In this document: positions 38,753 to 50,110 of the stretch, in pieces | Position numbering within the stretch: position 1 is the stretch's first letter | How the letters are laid out: each line of letters begins with the position of its first letter | Origin: an uncultured delta proteobacterium | Lineage (GTDB): Bacteria; Desulfobacterota; Binatia; UBA9968 | Reading direction: 5' to 3' | Assembly: GCA_963728565.1 (NCBI GenBank) | Contig: CAVSLC010000013.1 | Location: 32,001 to 96,000, forward strand | Length of the DNA stretch: 64,000 nucleotides | The notes under the pieces: generated by a model | Seen by the model: the letters and a program-made list of their open reading frames with translations, nothing else | The model's database searches: none | What the model was told of the DNA's origin: nothing | Made by a program: the position numbers and the translations under genes

Positions 38753-39619
38753 ATGCTGCGACGATTCCGTCTAGAAGAACCCACGACCGTAGCTGAGGTA
38801 GCGGAACTACTGGGACGATTCGGTGACTCGGCCAAAGTTTATGCGGGAGGAACGGAGCTTCTCCTCGCCATGAAAGAAGGCTTGGTTCAGTTTGAGCGGC
38901 TGGTGAATGTCAAAGGCGTCAGCGGTCTGAATGAGGTTAAGCAAAGTAATGGCGAAATCCATATAGGCGCTCTCTGTACCCATCACGAACTTGAAAATTC
39001 GCCGTTATTGAAGGATAAGCTGCCTGCTCTGGTGAAGCTCGAAGAGAATGTGGCAAACGTCCGAGTGCGGCAAGTAGGCACTCTTGGTGGCAATCTCTGC
39101 TTTGCCGAACCTCATGCCGATCCGGGAACGTTATTGATCGCTTTAGGAGCGCGTCTGGTTGCTGAGAAGGGAGAACGCAAACGCGAGATACCTGCGGAAT
39201 CTTTCTTCGTCGATGCTTACGAAACCTCGCTAGAAGCGGACGAGGTACTAACGCAAATTATCGTCCCGGTCCCGGCCCCACCCGCTGGGGTTTGCTATAT
39301 GAAGTTTGGTTATCTCGAGAGGCCCAGCGTCGGACTGGCGGTGATGGTAAACCTGAATACCGGCAGAACTGAGATCGACGATATCAGAATTGCGGTTGGC
39401 TGCGCCGGACCGGCGCCCAAGCGAGTTGCGGAAGCCGAAGCCTTGTTGAAAGGTATAAGCGTCGATGAGGCCACCCGAAACATTGCGCGGGCAGGGGAGT
39501 TGTCTGCTCGCGCTTCCCAAGCCATCAGTGATTTACACGGCGCGCAGGATTACAAGGAGCATATTGTCCAAGTACTTCTGAAGCGCTCATTTCAAAATGC
39601 CCTCGGCCAATGCGCATAG
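38753..39619 (+). CDS. Xanthine dehydrogenase family FAD subunit (CoxM-like)
   Basis: AGGTELL, IGAL.TH, VR..GTLGGNLC.AEP.AD and SD.HG...YK motifs. Confidence 0.9.
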   Translation: MLRRFRLEEPTTVAEVAELLGRFGDSAKVYAGGTELLLAMKEGLVQFERLVNVKGVSGLNEVKQSNGEIHIGALCTHHELENSPLLKDKLPALVKLEENVANVRVRQVGTLGGNLCFAEPHADPGTLLIALGARLVAEKGERKREIPAESFFVDAYETSLEADEVLTQIIVPVPAPPAGVCYMKFGYLERPSVGLAVMVNLNTGRTEIDDIRIAVGCAGPAPKRVAEAEALLKGISVDEATRNIARAGELSARASQAISDLHGAQDYKEHIVQVLLKRSFQNALGQCA

Positions 39620-39632
39620 GAGAGTTGTTTAG

Positions 39633-40154
39633 ATGGCAATGACAATGTTACGACGTTCAGATTTACAGACGTTACCGGTTTCGTTTACGCTAAACGGTAA
39701 ATTGCAGGAATTAGATGTAGAGCCGCATGAACTGCTTTTGGATGTTATACGGGATCGATTGGGACTTACTGGAGCCAAACGATCGTGCGACGTACAAGTT
39801 TGCGGCGCTTGCACGCTGCTGGTGGATGGAAGGCCGGTGAGCGCCTGTACCACGTTAGCCTTTGAAGTCAGAGGGAAAAGTGTGATGACGATCGAAGGTT
39901 TGGCAGAAAACGGCAAGTTGCATCCACTCCAGCAAGCCTTTATTGAGCATGGAGGATTTCAATGTGGCTTTTGTACCCCGGGAATGATTCTCGCAGCCAA
40001 GGCCTTATTAGATGAAAACCCTCATCCGACCGAGGAAGAATTGAAACATTTCATGCACGGCAACATCTGTCGTTGCACCGGATACAAAAAGATCATCGAA
40101 TCCATCATGGCTGCCGCAGCGAACATGTCTGAGGCTACGCAGAAGGGCTCTTAG
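39633..40154 (+). CDS. Xanthine dehydrogenase family 2Fe-2S subunit (CoxS-like)
   Basis: C....CGACT, QCGFCTPG and GNICRCTGY motifs. Confidence 0.92.
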   Translation: MAMTMLRRSDLQTLPVSFTLNGKLQELDVEPHELLLDVIRDRLGLTGAKRSCDVQVCGACTLLVDGRPVSACTTLAFEVRGKSVMTIEGLAENGKLHPLQQAFIEHGGFQCGFCTPGMILAAKALLDENPHPTEEELKHFMHGNICRCTGYKKIIESIMAAAANMSEATQKGS

Positions 40155-40314
40155 TCTCCACGGCCGAGCGATATCACAAGGTAGGCTCCACAGTCAGCTT
40201 TGAAGGGCCGGGGAGAGTTCTGCTCCGGGTAAAAAGCCCGCTTCTCTAGAACAGCGGCATCGCTCTTTGGTTATGCAATTATGTGGTGAGTGGTATGGCG
40301 GATGGTGCTAAAGG

Positions 40315-41238
40315 CTATGCACGGATTTCCGCGCGCATAAAAAAGATGTAAGAAATCCCGAAGCAGACCGCGACCAAGCCGAATAGAGTCGTGACGTGGG
40401 GCCAGATGAGGTTCAAACTCTGTCCAAGGGCGAGCGGCGTCGGTAAGATGCCTTCCGCCTGACTTTGTAGGGCTATACCAAAAACGCGAGCAGCCGGATT
40501 CAACAATATGTGCACCGTTTCCGAAAATAGAGTGCTTGGTGAGATACGACCGATGATATTCTCGATGTCGGCGCGCCGGGCAACCGATTCAGGAGTGGAA
40601 GTATCCGGAACAACGATACTGGCTATGCCTTGACTGACGATGACAACGAACAGGGTCATAAACAGCCAAACAGCGATTGAAGCGAGAGCTGCGGTCACGG
40701 TCTTTTGGAAGAGCAATGAAAACAGCATCGCAAGCGCCAGCCAAAACCCCACATAGAAGATACCCACGACGGCAAAGATCAGCATCCGCCACAGTTCCTC
40801 GGCATTAGGTGGAAAGCCAAGCAAGGTGATACCTAGGCCAACCACTAGTAAAAGGATCGATGCCCATAGAACCGCAATTGTCGTTAGACCGGCAAAAAAC
40901 TTTCCATTGATAAAACTGTCGCGGTAGATGGGCTGTGAGAGAACCCGGCTCAATGTGCCGCGGGCGTACTCACCGCTGATGGAGTCGAAACCCAAGGTAA
41001 TGCCGACCAGGGGCCCGAAAAATCCCAGAAACGTCGCCAGCGAAAAAAGCGTTTCGCCGCTGGAGGTCAGCAGGAGAAGAAACACGTATTGGGCGGGAAC
41101 GCTTTCAGTATTCTGCCGAATCGCTTGCCCGGTTGCATAACTCGCCCAGAGCCCCGTCAGTATGATGATAAAAATCAAGATCATGAACCGGCGGCTGCTA
41201 AAGTGATCTGCCAGCTCTTTCCAAAACACCACACCCAT
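40315..41238 (-). CDS. ABC-2 type permease
   Basis: KELADH and LGFDSISGE..RGTL.RVLSQPIYR motifs. Confidence 0.85.
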   Translation of the reverse strand: MGVVFWKELADHFSSRRFMILIFIIILTGLWASYATGQAIRQNTESVPAQYVFLLLLTSSGETLFSLATFLGFFGPLVGITLGFDSISGEYARGTLSRVLSQPIYRDSFINGKFFAGLTTIAVLWASILLLVVGLGITLLGFPPNAEELWRMLIFAVVGIFYVGFWLALAMLFSLLFQKTVTAALASIAVWLFMTLFVVIVSQGIASIVVPDTSTPESVARRADIENIIGRISPSTLFSETVHILLNPAARVFGIALQSQAEGILPTPLALGQSLNLIWPHVTTLFGLVAVCFGISYIFFMRAEIRA

Positions 41239-41241
41239 GTT

Positions 41242-42174
41242 TTAAGCCTCGCGAAAATACTTTAAATAAATTTCTTCCAGAGTCGGATCTTCAGATCGCA
41301 GCTGTAACAAAGGAAGGCCTTTGGTTGTTACAAGGGAAACGAGTTCCGGCCTGACGTCTTTGGTGCAGCGCAGAAACCACCCTTGGCTGCGTTTTTCGAT
41401 TTCATCGATGCCGTCGATAGCTTGAAGGTTTCGCTCAAGGCCGTCCCGATTACCGCCGACCTCAAACAAGAAGTTCCACTGTCGGCCCTTGAGAATCGCT
41501 CTCCCGAGCTCATCCATCTCACCTTGTACGATGAGGCGACCTTTGACGATGATACCCACTCGATTACAAATTTGCTGCACCTGCTGCAACTGGTGCGATG
41601 AAAGCATGACAGTCAAGTTGTGATCCCGATTGAGATTCTTGATCATTTCAAGAATGCGGATCGCGCCGTCGGGGTCGATTCCCAACGTCGGCTCGTCCAA
41701 AATGATCGCTATCGGATTTTTAACCAGAACTTCGGCAATGCCCAGCCTTTGCTTCATTCCGCGGGAAAATTCGCGAACCAAGCGTTGGCCATCTTCACTC
41801 AGGCCAACCTGCTCCAACACTTCGGCGGTTCGGCGTTGCGCTTCCTTTTCCGGAATGCGATTCAGGCGAGCCATATAGAGAAGGTTTTCTTTAGCGCTTA
41901 TGTCGTCATAGAACCCTGGATTTTCCGGCAGGTATCCGACTCGCTTTTTAACCTCCAGAGGTTCATGCGTGGGGTTATACCCGCACACCGATAATTGTCC
42001 TGAAGTTGGTTCGGTGAGTCCCAACAGCATCAGGATCGTGGTTGTCTTGCCGGCGCCGTTAGGACCCAGGAAGCCGAAAACTTCTCCCTGTTGGACCGAC
42101 AGAGTTAGCGAATTGACGGCAAGCTTTTCGCGGTATCGCTTGGTCAAATTCTTGGTGTCGACAACTGCGCTCAT
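41242..42174 (-). CDS. ABC transporter ATP-binding protein
   Basis: GPNGAGKTT, FSRGMKQR, LDEPT and SSH motifs. Confidence 0.93.
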   Translation of the reverse strand: MSAVVDTKNLTKRYREKLAVNSLTLSVQQGEVFGFLGPNGAGKTTTILMLLGLTEPTSGQLSVCGYNPTHEPLEVKKRVGYLPENPGFYDDISAKENLLYMARLNRIPEKEAQRRTAEVLEQVGLSEDGQRLVREFSRGMKQRLGIAEVLVKNPIAIILDEPTLGIDPDGAIRILEMIKNLNRDHNLTVMLSSHQLQQVQQICNRVGIIVKGRLIVQGEMDELGRAILKGRQWNFLFEVGGNRDGLERNLQAIDGIDEIEKRSQGWFLRCTKDVRPELVSLVTTKGLPLLQLRSEDPTLEEIYLKYFREA

Positions 42175-43409
42175 CGCCGTCCCAAACGAAAAAACACGAT
42201 CACAAGCCCAAGGACTACCAATGCAACGATTCCAAACCCCACCCAGCCCCAGAGAGTCGGGGTTGAGACCGTCACCCGAAACTCCACGGAGCGGTTAACC
42301 TCAGGAGAGTTCGCCGTCAAGGTCATCAAGTAGTCGCCGGCAATGGTTCGCTCCGGCGCCAGGATATCCATTTTTATCTCTCGGACTTCACCTGGGTTCA
42401 AAGCATCGAGTTTGTCGGGTCTGAATTCTACCGTCCACTTGTCGCTGGGTTTCTTGCTGATGAAATTAAGGTTACGAATCGGCGCCGTACCGGCATTGGC
42501 AACCACAAAATCAACCGGGGTTCGATTGCCGGCGGTCACTGAAGTGTTGAGAGTGCCGGCCAAGGAGCCCATTTTAAGGTCTTGGGTTCCTTTAAGATTT
42601 ACCTTCAGATCCGCACTGGCTTCGAAAGCTCCTGATCGAGCCACAATCGTCACCGGCTGCTCTTTAGCATCAGCATTGGCGGGCGTGTCGATCTCAACAG
42701 CAACGGTTTCGGAACCATTTTCTTTCAAAAGGATTGACGAATATTGTGTATCACCAAACTGTGGTTTGAAACGAACCGCCCAGCCGGGTGGTGTCTGCGC
42801 CGTCAGTGACACCGGCAACGGTTTGTTAGTTTCGTTTTTCAGATCGATCGTGAACTTAAGCGTTTGACCGGAAGGCGCTGTCAGAACCGGATACTGACTG
42901 GTGAGTCTTAACCCGCCAGTAGCGACTTTGGCGGAAGTTACACGGAAGTTGATTATGTCGGAGTAAGAGGTTGTTCCCTCGCTGTCCTTGGCAACAACCT
43001 TGACATCGTAATTTCCCGGCTTGGTGTTTTGAGGAACTTTGCTCTTGAATTCAATGGTTGTGGATTTTTCTCCCTGAACCGTGACCGAGCGAACCGGGTA
43101 ACTGGGGTACCTCGAATTGAAGTTCGCTTCCCAACCCTTGGGGATCGACTCCAGGGACAGATTGACCTCGACCGGATTTTTAGTCCGATTCACAACCTCT
43201 GTATCCATCGTGACTTCCTGTCCTTGTCCGACGGTTAAATCCTTGTACGGGATGATCAGATTGAAGCTCTCTTTTGAGGAGGCCGCGTCTTTCTGTTCAG
43301 TCTTTTCGGCGGCGAGTACTGAGGGCTCGAGGGAACTAGAGCAAAGTAGAAACCACGAGAGCAGCACAAGTATCCTTCGCGGGTGCACACGTAGACGCAC
43401 AAACCTCAT
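42171..43409 (-). CDS. Membrane-anchored protein with repeated Ig-like NEW3-type domains
   Basis: Signal peptide, repeated P.GW...F beta modules, AGDY motif and a C-terminal TM helix followed by RLGRR. Confidence 0.7.
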   Translation of the reverse strand: MRFVRLRVHPRRILVLLSWFLLCSSSLEPSVLAAEKTEQKDAASSKESFNLIIPYKDLTVGQGQEVTMDTEVVNRTKNPVEVNLSLESIPKGWEANFNSRYPSYPVRSVTVQGEKSTTIEFKSKVPQNTKPGNYDVKVVAKDSEGTTSYSDIINFRVTSAKVATGGLRLTSQYPVLTAPSGQTLKFTIDLKNETNKPLPVSLTAQTPPGWAVRFKPQFGDTQYSSILLKENGSETVAVEIDTPANADAKEQPVTIVARSGAFEASADLKVNLKGTQDLKMGSLAGTLNTSVTAGNRTPVDFVVANAGTAPIRNLNFISKKPSDKWTVEFRPDKLDALNPGEVREIKMDILAPERTIAGDYLMTLTANSPEVNRSVEFRVTVSTPTLWGWVGFGIVALVVLGLVIVFFRLGRR

Positions 43410-43490
43410 ATCAAAAACCCCCTAAGGTGCGAAATTTGGTGCCATAAATAACCATATTAATTCTTAGGGTCAAGAGCTTGCGGCGTAAAG

Positions 43491-43949
43491 TTAAACTTTT
43501 CCCAGCTGCCGTAATCCTTCATACAGAACGATAGACACGGCGTTGGAGAGATTCAAACTCCGAACACCCTCACCAGCCATGGGTATCCGATAGGAAGAAT
43601 CCGAGTTGGCGTCCAGCAAGTGTTGAGGCAAGCCCCGCGTCTCGGGCCCGAAGACTAGATAGTGTTCTTCTTTGTAGCGTGCTCTGGTATAGGATCTCAC
43701 CGCCCGTTTAGAAAAGTAGAGCAACCGTTTCACCGGCGCTGCCGCTACGAACTCATCCCAGGATTTGTGTACCCGCAGATCGACGAACTGCCAGTAATCA
43801 AGGCCGGCGCGCTTGAGGTGACGGTCATCGATTTTAAATCCGAGTGGTTCGATCAAATGGAGAGGGGTCAGCGTAGCTGCGCAAAGCCGAGCTATGCTGC
43901 CGGTATTCGGTGGGATCTCGGGTTGAAACAAAACTACGTGCATGTTCAA
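43491..43949 (-). CDS. trmL: tRNA (cytidine/uridine-2'-O)-methyltransferase
   Basis: PEIPPNTG, LKRAGLDYW, FGPETRGLP and RSLNLSN motifs. Confidence 0.95.
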   Translation of the reverse strand: MNMHVVLFQPEIPPNTGSIARLCAATLTPLHLIEPLGFKIDDRHLKRAGLDYWQFVDLRVHKSWDEFVAAAPVKRLLYFSKRAVRSYTRARYKEEHYLVFGPETRGLPQHLLDANSDSSYRIPMAGEGVRSLNLSNAVSIVLYEGLRQLGKV

Positions 43950-44383
43950 CTCTCCAAAACAAAGGTAACCGGCCCATCGTTGACCAGCGAGACCTTCATT
44001 CTGGCTTGGAACTGGCCGGTGGCAACTGAGATTCCGGCATCCCGCAGCCGCCCTATGAAATGATTGTAGATTTTTTCGGCATGAGCCAAGGGCGCCGCAT
44101 CTGTGAAAGACGGGCGATTGCCCTTTTTATAGGTGGCGTAAAGCGTAAATTGGGAGACAACCAGTACCTCGCCGCGGGCAGCCACTAAAGATAGATTCAT
44201 TTTGCCTTTTTGGTCTTCGAATATGCGAAGATTTTTAATTTTGTCTGACAGGAAGTCGGCGTCCGCTACTTCATCATCTCGGCTCACACCCAGTAAAATG
44301 CACAGGCCCGATGTTATCCCCCCGACGAGGTCTTCGCCGACGGTAACCTGGGCTTTTGTGACCCTTTGAATGACGGCGCGCAC
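43946..44383 (-). CDS. dtd: D-aminoacyl-tRNA deacylase
   Basis: MRAVIQRV, VSQFTL, GNRPSF and NDGPVT motifs. Confidence 0.96.
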   Translation of the reverse strand: MRAVIQRVTKAQVTVGEDLVGGITSGLCILLGVSRDDEVADADFLSDKIKNLRIFEDQKGKMNLSLVAARGEVLVVSQFTLYATYKKGNRPSFTDAAPLAHAEKIYNHFIGRLRDAGISVATGQFQARMKVSLVNDGPVTFVLES

Positions 44384-44603
44384 GGTTCCCTTGTTAATCT
44401 AAAAAGCTTATGCGACCACGGAGGCGGGTTCTAGTAAAGATTGGCAGCAAAAGACACTGCGAGCAGTGGTAACAGAGAAATGGACGAGTCTCAACAGCTA
44501 TAACCAAAACACGGATCCGGTTTGATATGAGAGCGGCCGAATCGAGTGGAAATCCCGCGCACGAGCTTCCAGAGTATAGGTCCGCGCGGGTGCGGGAGAT
44601 AAG

Positions 44604-45357
44604 ATGAACCCAATCAAGACTCCGCGTATGCTGATAACTGTTTGTGATCGTGTTCAACGCCGGCATTGCCACCGTCGCGTGGGCCAACTTCGAGTTCAAT
44701 GCGGCGCCGCTGATTTCCAGCAATGGGCAACTCCGGGGGGCCGTTTTGCTTTCAGGTAAATACCAAGCGCCAGCTCCGCTCAAAGTGGTAAAGAGCCGCA
44801 GCTTTTGTGGCTTGACGGTGCCTAACGAAACATTGTTGGTGGATCGGCGCGGTGGGGTCCGCAACGCCGTGGTTATTCTTCGCCCCCTCGATCGAACCGT
44901 GAACACTCATCCTGGCAGGATTTTATTAGACAACAAACAATGCGCATTTACACCGCACGTGCAAATCGCCGGCATCGGAAGCGAGTTGCTCCTCAAAAAC
45001 AGTGATCCGATTCTCCATACGGTTCATGCGCGGCTCGGCAACGAGACGCTTTTCAATGTGGGTTTGCCCCGGTGGCGGCAGGTCTCCAAAATTCTCGACC
45101 GGTTGGGTGTCGTCAGAATAGACTGCGATGTGCTCCATACCTGGATGAGCGCAGCTATCGTGGTGGTTTCAACCCCGTATGTCGCGGTCAGCGGCGAGAG
45201 TGGGTTATTCAGTATCGAGGATATTCCTGCAGGAAAGTATGACGTTGAGATCTGGCATGAGGTCCTCGGCATTAAGAAGGCGCAAATCTCAGTTCCCCAA
45301 AGCGCGACGATTTTTCTGGACGCTATCTATGGCCGGATCCCCGAGATGAAGTCCTAG
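44604..45357 (+). CDS. Exported cupredoxin-like / carboxypeptidase-regulatory-like domain protein; apparent +1 frameshift near 44636
   Basis: DNKQCAFTPHV, NSDPILH, CDVLHTWM and AGKYDVEIWHE motifs. Removing one A restores the signal peptide MNPIKTPRMLILFVIVF...AWA. Confidence 0.6.
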
Positions 45358-45395
45358 GTTTAATAGTCGTTGTCTCTCCGGTATGATCGTTTTTC

Positions 45396-46180
45396 ATGTA
45401 CCCAATTCTCTTCCAATTCGGTCCCATAACGATTTACAGCTTCGGCGCCTTCATGGCGCTGGCGGCGCTATCGGCCGCTTGGGTGGTTCACTCCGAGCTA
45501 AAAAGGCGAGGTTACAATCCCGACCTGGCGTCTTCGATGGTCTTTTCCGCGGCCATCGGCGGACTCATCGGCGCCCGGCTTTTGTTCATCCTGGGTGACT
45601 GGAATAATTTTTTAGCTTCTCCCTCAAGCTACATTTTTACCGGTGCCGGATTTACCTGGTACGGCGGATTGTTTGGTGGCGCCGTGGCGGTATCTTGGAT
45701 TGTCAGGAAAAATGAAATTCCATGGCTCGTCGGCGCGGATATTGCCGCTCCAGCCTTGGCTATCGCCTATGGCGTCGGCCGCCTGGGTTGCCACTTCGCC
45801 GGAGACGGCGACTGGGGTTTGATCACCGACGTGCCTTGGGGTGTTGCGTATATTAACGCGATCATCTGGTTGGGTTGATCCGATGACGGGAGTTCCTTAT
45901 CCACCCGGCGTCCGCGTGCATCCCACGCCTATCTACGAATTTATACAATCACTAGTTATCTTCGGAATCTTCTGGAGCATTAAGAACAAGGGACTCGCCC
46001 CTGGGACAATAGCGTGGCTTTATCTTAGTATTGGCGGGCCTTGCGCGGTTTACCATTGAATTTTGGCGCGTCAATCCGATCTTGGCGGCCGGTCTTAGCG
46101 AGGCTCAGTGGATCAGTCTGATTCTAATGGCAATCGGATTGGTTATGTTGGCATCGCGCCGGGTCCGGCTTGCCTATTGA
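45396..46180 (+). CDS. lgt: Prolipoprotein diacylglyceryl transferase, with two apparent +1 frameshifts (about 45867 and 46025)
   Basis: MYPILF..GP, GARL, G..WYGG, GRLGC..AGD, HPTPIYE and RFTIEFWR are found across three frames. Confidence 0.88.
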
Positions 46181-46284
46181 AAGTTGTCGGACAGCGGCAG
46201 CGGTGCGGCCTGAATTGAAAATTCCGGAGGATCGTCCCGTGCCCAATGCACGTTCTTTTGGTAATTGGGTCACGATCTTTTCTG

Positions 46285-47402
46285 CTACCAATTGGCGGAC
46301 ATCACCTGGCAAACCGCTCGATAAGTAGCGACATCGTCCTTGCCGGATTCAATCAGGTGCTGTTTGCAGACATGCCTGCACAATGCGATCGCAGCCTGAC
46401 ATACGATCATCGACTTTCCGTTTTTGGTTAGATGGCCGCTCACTCTGCCGTGACGCAGAAATACGGTCTCTTCCGGATGATAGATCAAATCGTAAAAGCG
46501 AACATTTTGCGGTATGGTTTGAGCTAAAGTCATGGACGCTTGATTGTTCGCATCGATATCGGCCTGCGCTGCGCGCAGCCAATCCTGTCGGGTTTGTGGG
46601 TCATCGAAATCGGCTTGAGAGATTGATGCCGGATGAGCGGACGCCAAAGCCGAGTACGCTTCCAAGGTGGTAAGTTTGCCGTTCGGCAACTTACGAATTC
46701 CTCCTTGCCCCTTGGTGGTGGAGTTAACGATCAAGCCGACTCGACGCGCCCAATCACCGATTTCAGTTTCGTCGATAGCTTTAACTCGCCGGTCATTTTT
46801 TTGGATTTCTGATGCCAGGCGACATGGCATGATCCAGGCTTCGGTTGGCGATTATTAACTGGCCATCATTCAGCCTATCCGATAGCTCGAAGGCGACGGC
46901 GCGTGCCGAACCGCCTGCACCCAAGAGCAAGACATCGGTTTTTGCCAGGGAAGGCATGAATGATTCAGTCTGCTCCGCCAGCGGGGTCAGCAAACTTTCA
47001 ATGAACCCCTCGCCATCGGTATTGTATCCGACAAGTTTGCCGGAGGAGGTTCTGACGATGGTGTTGACCGCTTGAACCCGATCGGCCCCCGCTTCAATCT
47101 CGTCTAAAAAATCCATAATTCTAATTTTATGCGGCACCGTGACATTGATTCCTAGAAAGTTATCTAGACCTTTCAAGGTGGCAATTAGCTCACCTAAGCG
47201 AGGCTCAGCGACATCGAAAGGTAGGTAGATCCCGTTAATGCCCAGATAATCGAATGCCGCATTCCATAGAGCGGGGCTTTTTGAATAGAAAGACGGCGCG
47301 TCACCGACGATCCCGGCGATTGCTTTATCGCCAATTAGGCTGGCGATCGATCCGATTAGTAATGCAACTTTGAATGGCAGCGATTTGTTTGCGAAATGTC
47401 AT
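46285..47402 (-). CDS. aroE: Shikimate dehydrogenase, with two apparent +1 frameshifts (about 47345 and 46818)
   Basis: SKSPALWNAAF, NVTVPHK, AVNT, GYNTDG.G, GAGGSAR, NSTTKG, DLIYHP.ET and NG..M...QA motifs. Confidence 0.85.
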
Positions 47403-47474
47403 GGCAAATAGCTCGTGGCCCTGTAGTTAGACTTAGGGGCGGATTTCGGCAGGCCCGGAGCTCGTTGAAATCGG

Positions 47475-48903
47475 CTATATGCCGTTTTTGATCGCTAGTC
47501 TATTGTCGGAATAGCACAGCAGCGACTTGCGGTTATCGAGAATCGTCTCCAAAGCGACTTCGTGACCCCACAGCTGGTTTAAATATTGAAGCGTTTTCTC
47601 GGCATACTCCAGTTGCAGATCTCGTCCATCATGATGGTGCCTGAGGAACAGCGTCCGGTTCTTATTATAATCGGCATCTTCAATTTTGATCACGGGAATG
47701 GTGCTGGTGCCGACATTTTGAATCAAAGTTTCTTTGATCTGACGCCAATTAAGATCATCCGCGACTCGGCTGACGACTTGTTCATTACCCCGCGTTCGAT
47801 ACTCGAATAAGATTGAGTTCTCGCACCAGCTCTTCGGTTAGATAGCGCCGGATAAAGGAGGCATCACGCTCGACTTCTCGCACCTCGAAAAGTTTTTCCG
47901 CGCCGCTTTTATTTCGTCGGCCGTACTGTTTCTCATCCTCGGCAGAGGGGTGATCCCAGCGTTTTTCGATATTTTCCCAGATCTTCATGCCGACGTGATA
48001 CGGATTTAAGCCACCAGGACTTGGTCGTAACACCTGCGCATGCCGGACCAGAAATTCCAGGTGCAGGTTCTGCGGCAGCTCCAGGGTTTCAAGAATTCGT
48101 TTGTGCCAAAAGCTCGCCCAACCTTCATTCATGATTTTGGTTTCGATTTGCGGGATGAAATACTGAGATTGCTCATGCACGATGGTTAAAAGATCCTTCT
48201 CCCAATCAGCCAAATGCGGATTATGGTCGCGGATAAAGATCAAAAGATCTTCTTCCGGGTACAAAGGAACTTTATTGAGATCCGGAGAAACATAATCTTG
48301 CCGCCGATGGATCGCGCCAAATGGATCCGCTGGCGGTTGCGCTTCCTGCACTTTGGTTTCTATTTGTTCCTCGGCGGATAGCTTGCGAATAGACAGGTTG
48401 CGGCGGCACTGAAGTGACAGTGCGTGCGCCGCATCGAGAATACGTTCAATTCGTTCCAATCCGATACTCGGATCCTCTACGTAATGCCGCACTCGATTTG
48501 CATGGCTTTTGAAAGTTTCAATGGTATATTGTGCGCGCGTGGCGCCGAACGTGAAATTATTCTTGAAAAAATCGTTGTGTCCGTATACGTGGGCAATAGT
48601 GAGGACCTGCAAAGCCAGGCTGTTATCCCGCATCAAATAAGCAATCGAAGGATTGGAGTTGATTACCATTTCATAAGGCAGTCCGCTCACACCATACTCG
48701 TATAGTGTCTTTAATTTTTCGAAACTTTTTCCGTAAGACCAATGGGGATAATGAGAGGGCATGCCGGAGTAAACCATATAAGTAAGCATGTCCTCATGAT
48801 CACAGATCTCGAACTCTTGAGGGTAAGGGTCGAGTCCGAACTTATGAACGATCTCAACGATTCGACTGTTCCAAACTTCCAGATCTTCGATCGTATAATC
48901 CAT
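47475..48903 (-). CDS. spoVR: SpoVR family protein, with an apparent +1 frameshift near 47810
   Basis: G.P..YPHWSYGK, YEMVINSNP, AHVYGHNDFF and TKIMNEGWASFWH motifs; the C-terminus continues in 47475-47726. Confidence 0.9.
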
Positions 48904-48928
48904 AGACAGAAGCTACATACCTAAACCG

Positions 48929-50110
48929 CTACGCCGCATCCTCCCGACTGCGGTCCTTGGCCAGAAAAGTCTTAAACGATGTCCAGATATCCTCCTTCCG
49001 ATGAATTTGCAGCGTTTGGAAGTTCGGCTCGTCCAACTGCGAAAATAGGGGAATCAAGCTGCTGCCATAGTAGCCCGCTCCCAGCGGTTTGATCTCACCA
49101 TAGCCGAACAGATTAGAGGACCGGGCCAATTCCGTGGCTGCCTTGAGGGCGGCCGGATTGTCCGATTCAAAATTGTCGCCGTCTGAACAATGGAAAACAT
49201 ACACGTTCCACAGCGCGGGATGAAATCGCTCGTTGATAATCTCCAGCGCCTTATTGTAACCGGAAGAAATAAAGGTACCGCCGGATTCGCCCTTGTGAAA
49301 GAAATCTTCCTCGCTAACTTCCTGCGCCTCCGTGTGATGGGCAATAAAAACAATTTCTACATTTTGATAGCGCGTGCTGATGAACTGATACAGAATAAAA
49401 AAGAAACTTCGCGCCAGGTATTTCTTCATTGTATCCATGGAACCGGAGGTATCCATGATGCACAAAACAACGGCATTAGACTCGCGTCGCAAGTCGCTCA
49501 CTGAATGGTGGTAACGCAAATCGTCTTTATGGAAAGGAAATCGGCTACGTGCCCCTATGAGATCTCTACGCTGAGAGGCCTTCTTACGTTTCAAACGCGA
49601 TCGAGCCGTCCGTTTTTTATCCAAACGCACGCGAACGCCTTTGCGCCGGTATCCTTTTTGACGAAACTGCTTCTCAACTTCGATTTGCCGTAGCCGTTTG
49701 CGCTCCAGGTCCGGCAGCTCCAGATCCTCAAACATCAATTCGATAAGCTCATCGAGGCGAACATCGGTTTCATAGTAATCGACGCCCGGCTGATCTCCAG
49801 GCTGCCCAGGTTGCTTTCCTTTTTCCCCCTGACCGACAACTTGTCCAGGCTGCGGTTCTTGGTCACCTCCTTGGCCGACTCCGGGCGCGTTATCACCATA
49901 GACAAACCGGTATTCCTTAACTCCGCGAATCGGGACTTTGATAATGCGATTATTGTCTTTGCCGATGATGGATTCTTCGGCAATGATATCGGCGATATTA
50001 TTTCTGATAGCCTCCCGGACCTTCTGCCGGTGCCGCAGCCGATCCCCTGCGCTGCGATCACTACGCTGCCCCGAGGACGAGTTGTACGGACGGAAGATGG
50101 TCTCGGCGAT
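48929..50110 (-). CDS. YeaH/YhbH (DUF444) family vWA-like protein; canonical start missing
   Basis: Frame is open from ATC 50110 (AETIFRP...DRLRHRQKVREAI...IKVPIRGVKEYRF) through MDTSGSM, ESGGT.ISS and SDGDN. Confidence 0.88.
   Translation of the reverse strand: MAETIFRPYNSSSGQRSDRSAGDRLRHRQKVREAIRNNIADIIAEESIIGKDNNRIIKVPIRGVKEYRFVYGDNAPGVGQGGDQEPQPGQVVGQGEKGKQPGQPGDQPGVDYYETDVRLDELIELMFEDLELPDLERKRLRQIEVEKQFRQKGYRRKGVRVRLDKKRTARSRLKRKKASQRRDLIGARSRFPFHKDDLRYHHSVSDLRRESNAVVLCIMDTSGSMDTMKKYLARSFFFILYQFISTRYQNVEIVFIAHHTEAQEVSEEDFFHKGESGGTFISSGYNKALEIINERFHPALWNVYVFHCSDGDNFESDNPAALKAATELARSSNLFGYGEIKPLGAGYYGSSLIPLFSQLDEPNFQTLQIHRKEDIWTSFKTFLAKDRSREDAA

Noticed and set aside
45396-48903. lgt, aroE and spoVR as true pseudogenes or programmed frameshifts
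   Set aside because: Motifs are intact, I saw no slippery sites, and the uniform +1 pattern fits sequencing error better.
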